Positions 18,194 through 27,065 of a stretch of DNA of 64,000 nucleotides are shown piece after piece. The translations under genes and the position numbers were made by a program. This DNA comes from a virus. The stretch is from the IMG/VR virus record IMGVR_UViG_3300021964_000039, positions 1-64,000 of that record. One strand, 5' to 3'. Below the pieces are notes generated by a model that saw only the letters and a list, made by a program, of their open reading frames with translations, had not been told where the DNA came from and did no database searches. Each line of letters starts with the position of its first letter. Position 1 is the stretch's first letter.

Positions 18194-19362
18194 AAAAAAT
18201 TCCTGTCTATGAGTTAAACCAAGCTGGCAGAGTATTTTCATTACTCACAGAAAATTTTTCAAATGTTTTAAACTTTACATATGGACATAATAATTATGAC
18301 ACAAAAAAATCTCTATTGTTTATTGAATATGTTGGGTTAGACTTAGGTGTATTAGATACATTAAGAGAGCTTTCTCTAAACACAAAGAAAAAATTCTTCT
18401 TGGTTATTGACGATACATATGAAGGATTACTTTCAAAAGAAGTACTACAAAAACATTTAGAATATATAGAATCATTACACGAAGTAATAGACGAATTTAT
18501 AATTTTATCAGCAAACAAAAGTATTTTTAATGAAATGGTAAATTTAGGTTATGAGAAAAACTTTATATACTTTAACACTCATTTATATCTTAGCAAGTAC
18601 GATGGTATTGATATACAAAATTCTACTGTCAGTGAAAGTGATTTACTAAGAAAGAAAAAATTTCTTTGTTTGAATAGACAAGAAAGACTTCATAGGATAC
18701 TAGTAGTAGACCATCTATGTAAGACTAAGCAACAAAGGCATGGTTTTATTAGTTGTCCGTTGTCCGACTATGGACTTGCATTTGAAAAAAAATTAGATTC
18801 AAGTTACTCGGAAGTTTTATTTTTTGATAAAGCATTATTAGATTACAAGTTCACTGATGAACAAAAAAATAGACTTAGTTCTATTTTACCTTTAGAATTA
18901 GACGTTCCAGATGAAATGCACAAAAGTTTGCGCAATGAAATGCCAGATACAAAAGCATATTTTGAAGAAAGTTATTTTAGTATAATCACTGAAGGTGATT
19001 TCTATACAGAAAACAAGCGCCAAATGTTCACAGAAAAAATTCTCAAAGCATTTATATATAAGCATCCTTTTGTAGTTGTAGGGTTGCCTGGCACATTATC
19101 ATTGCTAAGAGAACATGGATTTTTAACATTTCCGCAAATAATTGATGAGTCATATGATTCAATTGAAGACGATACAGAAAGATTAAATGCATGTTTAAGA
19201 GAGATTGACAAATTACTATCTTTAAATATTCACGAACTGAAAGATTTATATGAAAGTATAAACCCTATATTAGAACATAATAGAAAACTAGTGCTACAAT
19301 ATAATGCAATGCCAGCCCCGTCTTTACTAGTTAATATTATTCAGCAGTGGTTTTATAATTAA
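18190..19362 (+). CDS. Conserved phage protein, putative glycosyltransferase-like
   Basis: KKFLCLNR..R.HR, SYFSIITE, FTEKILK...HPF, GFLTF...IDESYD. A family that recurs in phage glyco-clusters; function inferred only. Confidence 0.45.
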   Translation: MKKIPVYELNQAGRVFSLLTENFSNVLNFTYGHNNYDTKKSLLFIEYVGLDLGVLDTLRELSLNTKKKFFLVIDDTYEGLLSKEVLQKHLEYIESLHEVIDEFIILSANKSIFNEMVNLGYEKNFIYFNTHLYLSKYDGIDIQNSTVSESDLLRKKKFLCLNRQERLHRILVVDHLCKTKQQRHGFISCPLSDYGLAFEKKLDSSYSEVLFFDKALLDYKFTDEQKNRLSSILPLELDVPDEMHKSLRNEMPDTKAYFEESYFSIITEGDFYTENKRQMFTEKILKAFIYKHPFVVVGLPGTLSLLREHGFLTFPQIIDESYDSIEDDTERLNACLREIDKLLSLNIHELKDLYESINPILEHNRKLVLQYNAMPAPSLLVNIIQQWFYN

Positions 19363-20281
19363 GATGATTGACTATAAATTCTTTATTAGGTATATCAATT
19401 ATTTCTAGTTCAGCTAACATAGCCTGTTTTTCTTCATCTTCTAAGTTTACAATATCTAATTCTCTTGGGTAAGTTAGGCAATTAATATACCATTCAAAAT
19501 CATTATCTACAACCCAAGAATGCAAGTCGCCTAGCATGAAATAGTTGTTACGATGTAATACTGTATTAATTTGTAATTGATATTTTTGTGCTGTAGTCCA
19601 TTCGACAAAATCTAATATTTTATCCCAATTTGCACCTTCACGGACTAAAGAATTATTAGTGCCATATCCGTCGATACTAAGAATAAATTTTACACTTTTG
19701 AATTGATCAAATATTTTTGTATCTTCAGGAATAAACATTCCATTTGTGTTATATATCAATTCAACTAAATTTTTTTCTTCTACTGTATTAATTACATTTA
19801 AATGTCTATTTGTTATTAATGGCTCCCCACCTAGAAATAATATTTTATTAACAGAGTTAGGCACATCAAAATCTTTAGTTTCTATTAGTTTGTATTTTGA
19901 CTGACCAAAAATTTCTTCTTCTTTTTTAATCCAACTTGTACTAAATTCACTATTACATCCGTCACATGCTAAATTACACAAATTATCTAATCCAATTTCT
20001 AAGTACTTTAAACTTATCTCATTTGTATTATATTTTTCATTAAATTCTTGTCTTAGACTTTTATGTCCAATACTTTCTTCATAGTAACATTTTTCACATT
20101 CAGCAATGTATTCGTTGTTTTGATTTTTTTCTCGTAACTTTTCATATGCATCATTTAATAACACGTTATCTAAATTTCCATCAAATATGCCAATAGGCTC
20201 CTTAAACCTACAGCAAGGATAAATTCTGTCTCCTGGCCTAATGTTTGTATGTTGCCAAAAAGCACTACATAGATGAGTCAT
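19337..20281 (-). CDS. Radical SAM enzyme with N-terminal SPASM/Twitch domain
   Basis: N-terminal LC...YPCC...CEKC, then CNLACDGC, GGEP, NTNG, SIDG. Confidence 0.85.
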   Translation of the reverse strand: MTHLCSAFWQHTNIRPGDRIYPCCRFKEPIGIFDGNLDNVLLNDAYEKLREKNQNNEYIAECEKCYYEESIGHKSLRQEFNEKYNTNEISLKYLEIGLDNLCNLACDGCNSEFSTSWIKKEEEIFGQSKYKLIETKDFDVPNSVNKILFLGGEPLITNRHLNVINTVEEKNLVELIYNTNGMFIPEDTKIFDQFKSVKFILSIDGYGTNNSLVREGANWDKILDFVEWTTAQKYQLQINTVLHRNNYFMLGDLHSWVVDNDFEWYINCLTYPRELDIVNLEDEEKQAMLAELEIIDIPNKEFIVNHLNYKTTAE

Positions 20282-21170
20282 AAGGCACTCCGTGTTTTTT
20301 AAATAATTTTAATATTTCTTTCTCTAATAATTTTTCTTTTTCGTGATATGTAATGATATTAGTATTTGCTAGTAATGCTCGTTTGTAACTTTCTGTAAAC
20401 ATGGCAGGCGGCATATTTTCTTTTATATTTCTATAAGGATCAAAAATACTTGTTGTTTTTGAAATATTGTCATCTATATGTTCAACACCTAAATTAACCA
20501 AGCATGGTATCTGTAAATCATTAGCATGTTGGTACACAATATCATAATTACAAATTACAGCGTCACAACAACTAACAATATAACCTAAATCATTAGATTT
20601 ATAATCATTATTGGGTAATAAATTTATATAGTTTACCTTGTCTGATAGAAATGTTTCTATGTGTTTAGCTGCTGTAGGTGAAAAACTGCGTAATTTTTTA
20701 TCATACCACATATCTTCGGTTACTATAAATTCTTCTTGCCAATTATCACTTAAATAATATGGTGCAACCAGTACATTACTGAAATTGTTTTTGTTTTGGT
20801 CTTGGATATATTTTTCTATTTGTAATTTTGTGTCTATAGTAGGCATATATGTTACAGGTGTTATGTATTGTTTTTTTCCTAATATGGTATAGCTAAGCCA
20901 GGCGTCTAAGCTAGGTTTGTTTTGTAGACATTCATACTGTGATTTATAATCTATAGTTGTTACTTCATTTGGAACAATTATATCTTCATAAACACGCTTA
21001 TCTTCCATGGTCCAAAATTTGTTACCTAATAGTGGGTTATTAAGGAATATACTATATTCTTGATCAAATATTACTGCAAAATCTTCACTATTTTCTGTAT
21101 ATTTTGCAAATATTTTTGCTGATATATAAGCAATAACATGATTACTATTTGTAAATAGAAACACTTTCAT
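20265..21170 (-). CDS. Divergent paralog of the GT9-like protein at 11340
   Basis: Colinear with 11340..12389: VLVAPY vs VLVIQPF, LRSFS vs SRSFT, CDAVIC vs SDHFLGC, SIFDP vs DIFDV. Confidence 0.45.
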   Translation of the reverse strand: MKVFLFTNSNHVIAYISAKIFAKYTENSEDFAVIFDQEYSIFLNNPLLGNKFWTMEDKRVYEDIIVPNEVTTIDYKSQYECLQNKPSLDAWLSYTILGKKQYITPVTYMPTIDTKLQIEKYIQDQNKNNFSNVLVAPYYLSDNWQEEFIVTEDMWYDKKLRSFSPTAAKHIETFLSDKVNYINLLPNNDYKSNDLGYIVSCCDAVICNYDIVYQHANDLQIPCLVNLGVEHIDDNISKTTSIFDPYRNIKENMPPAMFTESYKRALLANTNIITYHEKEKLLEKEILKLFKKHGVPYDSSM

Positions 21171-21775
21171 ATGCCTGTAACTCCAACACTGAATCTGATT
21201 ACTACTTTAGGTTCATCTGATAAATTTACAGTGAAGTGATTTCTCAAAAATCCTGGAAATATATAGACGGCAGATTCAGGAGTGTTATACATTTGGAAGT
21301 GTGAATTATATTTGTTTTCGGGTTTATTTTGTAAGTTTGAAAAATATTTGTTATCAACCACATGCTCAAAATTTATAAACCCAGAATTAGGAGCACTATG
21401 AACAAAATAATATCCCTGCCAAGTTGCATCACCGATATACGATTGTGTCAAACATCCAGGAGGAATAATTAGAAAATCCATATTAGTAAACGAAATATTA
21501 TATCTTGTGTTTAAGTTTGTCCTATCATTAACTGCTTTAGACCAATCACTAATTTGCGGAGATTCGCAGAATTCTGCAAATGCAATATTATTTTGTAAAT
21601 TATCAATAGATTGATATACGTCAACACTGTGAATAGTATTGAAGTTTGCATGTTTTTGTGAAACGTCTTCTATCACACGGGAAATTTTAGGTTTAAACTG
21701 ATTGTGCTCCAAAAACTGAAACACGTCTAAACTTATATCAAAAAGACTAATATTTTGTAAACCAGATTCATTCAT
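21167..21775 (-). CDS. Putative 2OG-Fe(II) oxygenase-like protein (TIGR02466-like), metal ligands degenerate
   Basis: WQGYYFV..P.NSG.I.F and IFPGFLRNH..VN.SDEP.V.I.F pattern; the usual HxH is absent. Confidence 0.55.
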   Translation of the reverse strand: MNESGLQNISLFDISLDVFQFLEHNQFKPKISRVIEDVSQKHANFNTIHSVDVYQSIDNLQNNIAFAEFCESPQISDWSKAVNDRTNLNTRYNISFTNMDFLIIPPGCLTQSYIGDATWQGYYFVHSAPNSGFINFEHVVDNKYFSNLQNKPENKYNSHFQMYNTPESAVYIFPGFLRNHFTVNLSDEPKVVIRFSVGVTGI

Positions 21776-21789
21776 AATTTAATGTAACA

Positions 21790-21799
21790 TATTTAAATA
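21790..21799. promoter_or_regulatory. Palindromic bidirectional late promoter TATTTAAATA
   Basis: Perfect palindrome containing TAAATA on both strands, between divergent genes. Confidence 0.6.
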
Positions 21800-21802
21800 G
21801 AA

Positions 21803-22702
21803 ATGTCAAGAAAGATGTCATTTATGAATAGATTATTTACATTTGGATGTAGTCATACAAGATACAATTGGCATACTTACGCAGATTTTGTAGCTTTACG
21901 ATATCCTATATTTCAAAATTGGGGATTCCCAGGACTAGGCAATAGAGCTATAGCAGAAAGATTAGCAGAAGCAGTTGTATCACAGAGTATAAATGAAAAC
22001 GACACAGTGATTGTTCAGTGGAGCAGTCATTTACGTAATGATTATGCTAAGACTGATGTTAAGAATGAACACGGAAATATGTGGTGGACAAAAGGACCTG
22101 TTTTTGCAGAACATAACATCAAAAAATATGGCAAGAAATGGTTTAACGAATTTTGGGACGAAAAAGCATATCTTATTCATAGCCTCAACAATATAGTTTT
22201 AGCAATAAACACTTTAGAAAATATAGGATGTAAATGGTTAATGACAATGGGTCCAGATCTAAGTACTGTTCAAACATCAGGAGAGGATTGGAATACTGGC
22301 TCTGGAACTATTGATAAATTTCCAGCAGATTTGATACACTACAAAAAATACATTTGGGAAACTTACAAACACAAATGGCTGCCGCCTATTATGCAAAAGA
22401 AAAAAGAATGGCCAGATTATGATATGTGGTTTAAGTATGAAGGCAATGACAGCGGAAACACCGAAATATTTGAAATTAAGGGCGATAAATTTAAGGATCA
22501 TCACATGAGTCCTGAACAATCATATATGTATGCAGAAATAGTCATAGAAAAATTAGGCTTAGAATTGGAATTAACAGAAACTGATATAGAAATAATTAAT
22601 TTTTACTTGGCAGCAAATAAACAATATCCTGGTTGGGTAGATTTTATTGAATTTATACTTTCGACGCCATGGGCCTTAACACAAGCACAACACGGGATTT
22701 GA
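21803..22702 (+). CDS. SGNH hydrolase/acyltransferase-like protein
   Basis: FTFGCSHT, NWGFPGLGN, VIVQWS, C-terminal DHH. An alternative start at the downstream MNRLF is possible. Confidence 0.55.
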   Translation: MSRKMSFMNRLFTFGCSHTRYNWHTYADFVALRYPIFQNWGFPGLGNRAIAERLAEAVVSQSINENDTVIVQWSSHLRNDYAKTDVKNEHGNMWWTKGPVFAEHNIKKYGKKWFNEFWDEKAYLIHSLNNIVLAINTLENIGCKWLMTMGPDLSTVQTSGEDWNTGSGTIDKFPADLIHYKKYIWETYKHKWLPPIMQKKKEWPDYDMWFKYEGNDSGNTEIFEIKGDKFKDHHMSPEQSYMYAEIVIEKLGLELELTETDIEIINFYLAANKQYPGWVDFIEFILSTPWALTQAQHGI

Positions 22703-22703
22703 C

Positions 22704-23264
22704 ATGAGTATACCTTTAATTGGATTAGATAGAGACGGAACAATAAACATAGACAAAGGATATATTAAAGATCCTGCAGATTTTGAACCTATTCCAGGTA
22801 GTTTAGAAGCGATAAAGTTAATACGAGAAAAGGGTTACGATGTAGTAATACTGTCTAATCAAGCTGGGATAATGAAAAAAATTATGACAGAGATTGATGT
22901 AGATAGAGTAAACTATCGTATGTTAGAGATGTTAGGCCAAATAGGATGCCCTAACATCAATGGTTTATACTATAGTATGACTAATCTTAAAGAAGATATA
23001 TATGCAAAACCTAATATAGGCATGTTTCAAAGAGCTGAAAAAGAAATTGGCGTAGATTGGAAGAACAGTTACTTTGTAGGAGACAAAATTAGTGATCTTA
23101 AAGCCGCAGTGAAGGCAAAATCAAAACCTATATTAGTCAAAACAGGACATGGGGAAGAAACCTTTACTAGACTAAACACATTTAGCCAAAAGGACCTGAA
23201 AAAAATTACACTAATTTATGACAACCTACTTGCGTTCGCGGAAACATTACCCGTTGTAGAATAA
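22704..23264 (+). CDS. gmhB: D-glycero-D-manno-heptose 1,7-bisphosphate phosphatase (HAD)
   Basis: LDRDGTIN, SNQAGI, KPNIGM, FVGDKISD, LVKTGHG. Confidence 0.88.
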   Translation: MSIPLIGLDRDGTINIDKGYIKDPADFEPIPGSLEAIKLIREKGYDVVILSNQAGIMKKIMTEIDVDRVNYRMLEMLGQIGCPNINGLYYSMTNLKEDIYAKPNIGMFQRAEKEIGVDWKNSYFVGDKISDLKAAVKAKSKPILVKTGHGEETFTRLNTFSQKDLKKITLIYDNLLAFAETLPVVE

Positions 23265-23267
23265 ATA
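23262..23267 (+). promoter_or_regulatory. Late promoter core TAAATA
   Basis: Overlaps the gmhB stop codon and precedes the structural module. Confidence 0.55.
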
Positions 23268-23285
23268 CTATAACAAGGGTGAAGT

Positions 23286-23762
23286 ATGATACAACAACTA
23301 AGAAAAGGTTTAGATAGTACAGTAGAATTTAACCGCACTAAAGGTTTCGCTACTGACCAAAAGTACCAAAAAATTTACGGCGAAACAAACATTGACGAAT
23401 TTTTCTTAGGAGATTTTGCTTCAGCATTCTATACGATAAATGTACAACTTGATAGCGATCGGAAAGAAGTATTCCAAATGATTGTAACTGCAAGACCTCT
23501 TAAAGTAACTGTAAGTGGGTATGGCAGAGTAAGTACTGTAACAAAATTAGTTGACATTGGTGCTACTGCTGATATAAGCAAATGTTATATTACAGCAACA
23601 CCAATAAGCACCGGCTTTGATGGTTGTAAGGTAGTATTGACTGCTAGATATTTTAATTGTATAGACCCATTACAACCACCTCCACCTGATGTAAAGACAT
23701 TCGATAGTGATTTTGGAAGATTTGATACTACTAAAGTTACATTTGATGCAGAGGATATTTAA
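23286..23762 (+). CDS. Virion structural protein (module A, copy 1)
   Basis: Paralog of 24917..25402 (GLD.T, F.GDFASA.Y...VQ.DS..KE). TAAATA upstream. Confidence 0.55.
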   Translation: MIQQLRKGLDSTVEFNRTKGFATDQKYQKIYGETNIDEFFLGDFASAFYTINVQLDSDRKEVFQMIVTARPLKVTVSGYGRVSTVTKLVDIGATADISKCYITATPISTGFDGCKVVLTARYFNCIDPLQPPPPDVKTFDSDFGRFDTTKVTFDAEDI

Positions 23763-24917
23763 ATGGCAAAAGAAATTATAAATGAGGGAACAGTTGCTAA
23801 TGACGGTACAGGCGATGCTTTAAGAGTAGGTGCAGTAAAGATCAATGCTAATTTTTCAGAGATTTACAATGCTATAGGAAATGGCAATACAGTTACTAGT
23901 GTAACTAACGCAAATGGTGAATTAGATTTACCATATAATGCTAACCAAGTTCATAAAGTTTCATTTAATGTTCCAGATCTTTCAACACTGAACACTATAG
24001 ATCCAGCAACTTATCAAGGTGCAATTATATCAGTTACAAATAAAGGACAATTATTTGTTGCTCACCAAAACGCTTGGCGAGGTGTACTAATGGATGCCAG
24101 TCAATCGGCCATTCCCAATTACACTGATCCTCTAAGCACAGTAGCATATAGTGGAGACTATGGTGATTTGCAAAATACTCCTAGCTTTGCAAATGTTCCT
24201 GTTGTGATAGATGACTTACAAGATGTCGATACTACAAGTATTACACCTGCTACAGGAACTGTGCTTAAATGGAACGGCGCACAATGGGTACCAGGAGCTG
24301 ATATTACAGCAGGAGGTACAGGAGTAGATAGTGATACTTTAGACGGACAAGACGGAAGTTATTATCTAAACTACAATAACTTTTTCAACAAACCAACTTT
24401 AACACTTGCAGGCATACTTGCAAACGGCAATAGTGCTGATAGAGGTATTTTTCCAAACGCTAACAACCAATACAAACTAGGCGATGTAAACTTAGTATGG
24501 TCAGAGGTACATGCAACTATATTTGAAGGAACTGCAACTTCAGCAGAATATGCTGACTTAGCTGAAATATATGAGCCTGATCAGGAATATCCAGCTGGCA
24601 CTGTTGTATGCCTTGGTGGTGAAAAAGAAATTACAAAAAGTAATAGTGTTGCAAGCACAAAAGTTTTAGGAGTTATTTCCACTTTACCAGCATATTTAAT
24701 GAACAAAAATGCAAAAGGCTTACCAGTTGCTTTGCAAGGAAGAGTCCCTTGTAAAGTACAAGGACCTGTTAGTAAAGGGGATATGCTAGTTAGTGGATTA
24801 GACGGTGTTGCTATTCCTACAGCAGAATTTGTAGGTGGAGCTATGATAGGAAAAAGTTTAGAAGATCATAATGAAGATTCAATAGCTACTATAGAAATTG
24901 TAGTTGGAGTACGATAA
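23763..24917 (+). CDS. Baseplate/fibre protein with T4 gp9/gp10-like N-terminus and C-terminal autocleaving-chaperone-like domain (module B, copy 1)
   Basis: MAKEIINEGTVANDGTGDALR...KINANFSEIY at the N-terminus; ATSAEYADLAEIY...GTVV...PVALQGRVPCKV at the C-terminus. Confidence 0.7.
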   Translation: MAKEIINEGTVANDGTGDALRVGAVKINANFSEIYNAIGNGNTVTSVTNANGELDLPYNANQVHKVSFNVPDLSTLNTIDPATYQGAIISVTNKGQLFVAHQNAWRGVLMDASQSAIPNYTDPLSTVAYSGDYGDLQNTPSFANVPVVIDDLQDVDTTSITPATGTVLKWNGAQWVPGADITAGGTGVDSDTLDGQDGSYYLNYNNFFNKPTLTLAGILANGNSADRGIFPNANNQYKLGDVNLVWSEVHATIFEGTATSAEYADLAEIYEPDQEYPAGTVVCLGGEKEITKSNSVASTKVLGVISTLPAYLMNKNAKGLPVALQGRVPCKVQGPVSKGDMLVSGLDGVAIPTAEFVGGAMIGKSLEDHNEDSIATIEIVVGVR

Positions 24918-25402
24918 TGCCAGCTAAGTTTCGCACAGGATTAGATAATACTATACAATTAAATGATAGCAAAGGTTTTTCATTTGTAGGACCGTGGACT
25001 AAAGTTTATAGTAACACTGTAATGGATAGATTTTATGTAGGAGACTTTGCTAGTGCTACATATTTTGTTTCTGTCCAATTTGACAGCAATGAAAAAGAAG
25101 CTATGCAAGTAAATGTAGTAGCAAGTCCAAATCAAGCTGCACTCAATATTGTTGGCAGGACTGGAATAGATGCTGCAAAACTTGTTGATATTTCCGCAGT
25201 TATAAATGAAAGTTATTGTGAAGTTATATTAAATCCACAACCTGATTATGAAGGAAGTAAAGTTTTATTTTCTGCAATATATTCAGGTACTATAGATAGT
25301 TTGACACCACCAACAGCAACAAGTGGTAGCGGGATAAATACTATTGATAATAGTACTGCAACTATTGATAATTCTAACGTGACGATTGACAGGACATCAT
25401 AA
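24917..25402 (+). CDS. Virion structural protein (module A, copy 2)
   Basis: Paralog of 23286..23762. Confidence 0.55.
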   Translation: MPAKFRTGLDNTIQLNDSKGFSFVGPWTKVYSNTVMDRFYVGDFASATYFVSVQFDSNEKEAMQVNVVASPNQAALNIVGRTGIDAAKLVDISAVINESYCEVILNPQPDYEGSKVLFSAIYSGTIDSLTPPTATSGSGINTIDNSTATIDNSNVTIDRTS

Positions 25403-26454
25403 TGGCAAAACAACAACTTAATGTAGGAACAGTGGCTAATGACGGTACAGGTGATAATCTCCGTGCAGCAAATATCAAAATTAATGATAACACTAACGAG
25501 ATATATTCTGCATTAGGAAATGGATCAAATTTACAAACTTTAGTTAATAATCAGCTAGAATTAGATGTTCCTGTAGATGCAAACAAAGTAAACAAAATTA
25601 GTTTTCATGTTGCATCAACAGCAGCTTTAAACACAGTAGATGCAAGTGCATATCATGGAGCAATATTGCATAACCATCAAACTGGTACAATTTATGTTGC
25701 TCATGCAGGATCATGGAATCCGTTGCTTATGGATACTAGTGGAGGACCTGTTACTAACTATACAGATCCACTCAGCACAGTTGCATATTCAGGAAGTTAC
25801 ACTGATTTAACAAACAAGCCGGCTTTTGCATTAAATGATATAGCAGATGTTGATACTGTTACTAATGCACCTAGTGCTGGAAGTGTACTAAAGTATGACG
25901 GTACTAAATGGGCTCCTGGTGTTGATGTAGCACAAGGTGGACAAGGAACGGATGCTGATACTTTAGATGGACAGGATAGTACATATTATTTAAATTATGC
26001 AAACTTAACAAATGTACCTACTACATATGCTTGGAGCACAATCACATCAACTCCGACTACAACTACAGGATACGGTATTGATAGCCTTTTTGATATAAAG
26101 AATGCTAATGAAATAATTGATATCAAAACAGGAGCATCAGGAACAGTAGTACATGATACAAGCAGTGCAAGTGTATTTTATCATACTTCAGTTGGTAGTA
26201 ATTTCACTGCAAACTTTACAAATTTACAAACAACTAACAATCGGGTCACATCGGTAGTTATTGCAATACAACAAGGTGCAACGGCTTATATTCCAAGTGC
26301 AGTCCAAGTAGGAGGCTCTCCTATTATCATCAAATGGCCTGGGGGATCTGCTCCGACCGGCAATGCAAATAAATTAGATATATTTTCGTTTAACATCTTT
26401 AGAACCGGTAATGCTTGGACAAATCTAACAGGAATATTATCAACATACGGTTAA
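25402..26454 (+). CDS. Baseplate/fibre protein with gp9/gp10-like N-terminus (module B, copy 2, different C-terminus)
   Basis: MAKQQLNVGTVANDGTGDNLR. Shares NYTDPLSTVAYSG and DTLDGQD..YYLNY with copy 1. Confidence 0.7.
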   Translation: MAKQQLNVGTVANDGTGDNLRAANIKINDNTNEIYSALGNGSNLQTLVNNQLELDVPVDANKVNKISFHVASTAALNTVDASAYHGAILHNHQTGTIYVAHAGSWNPLLMDTSGGPVTNYTDPLSTVAYSGSYTDLTNKPAFALNDIADVDTVTNAPSAGSVLKYDGTKWAPGVDVAQGGQGTDADTLDGQDSTYYLNYANLTNVPTTYAWSTITSTPTTTTGYGIDSLFDIKNANEIIDIKTGASGTVVHDTSSASVFYHTSVGSNFTANFTNLQTTNNRVTSVVIAIQQGATAYIPSAVQVGGSPIIIKWPGGSAPTGNANKLDIFSFNIFRTGNAWTNLTGILSTYG

Positions 26455-26478
26455 TTCTCAAGTAGATTTATCTAAGCA

Positions 26479-26484
26479 TAAATA
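26479..26484 (+). promoter_or_regulatory. Late promoter core TAAATA
   Basis: Intergenic, before structural genes. Confidence 0.55.
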
Positions 26485-26505
26485 TACTAAAGTGAGAATG
26501 TACTA

Positions 26506-27060
26506 ATGCCAGTTATTAATGAACAATTTAAATCTGATTTTGGCTTCGAAAGCAATAACTTTACTGTTGACGAAAACGGCAACATTACTGCTAAGAAAAT
26601 AGATGTTAAACAATTATTAATTGACGGTAATCCGTTTGTAGGTTCCGACCCTGATGAGCCTGTTGTTACCCCAGATCCTGACGATAGCACTATAGAATTT
26701 CCAACATCATTTGATAAATTATTAGTCAAGGGACCTTTTGTAGTACGACTAGGAGATAGTAGTGAAGTATTAACTATTAGGGACGGAGTTGTAGTGTTAG
26801 CTAGTGACGATGGTGGCACAATAGATAATATTGACATTGGATCTATAACACCAGCAGATGGTACATTTAATAATTTAGTTGTCAATACACAGGCAAATAT
26901 TGCCAATATCACTGTTACAGGCACAGCCGCTGTGACAGGCACAGCACAATTTACAAACAATATTGAAATAAGTGCAGATCCTACTAACCTTAACCATGCA
27001 ACACGTAAAGACTATGTAGACACACAGATTTCAGCATTTGCTATAGCATTTGGAGTTTAA
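26506..27060 (+). CDS. Virion structural protein
   Basis: GTIDNIDIG..TP..GTF and HATRKDYVD fibre-like motifs. TAAATA upstream. Confidence 0.55.
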   Translation: MPVINEQFKSDFGFESNNFTVDENGNITAKKIDVKQLLIDGNPFVGSDPDEPVVTPDPDDSTIEFPTSFDKLLVKGPFVVRLGDSSEVLTIRDGVVVLASDDGGTIDNIDIGSITPADGTFNNLVVNTQANIANITVTGTAAVTGTAQFTNNIEISADPTNLNHATRKDYVDTQISAFAIAFGV

Positions 27061-27065
27061 CTTAA

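Noticed and set aside
11340-23264. Saxitoxin-like cluster (carbamoyltransferase, amidinotransferase, oxygenases, with sulfotransferases elsewhere)
   Set aside because: No SxtA-type PKS/AONS, cytidine-deaminase-like SxtB or Rieske oxygenases are present, and the amidinotransferase looks StrB1-like
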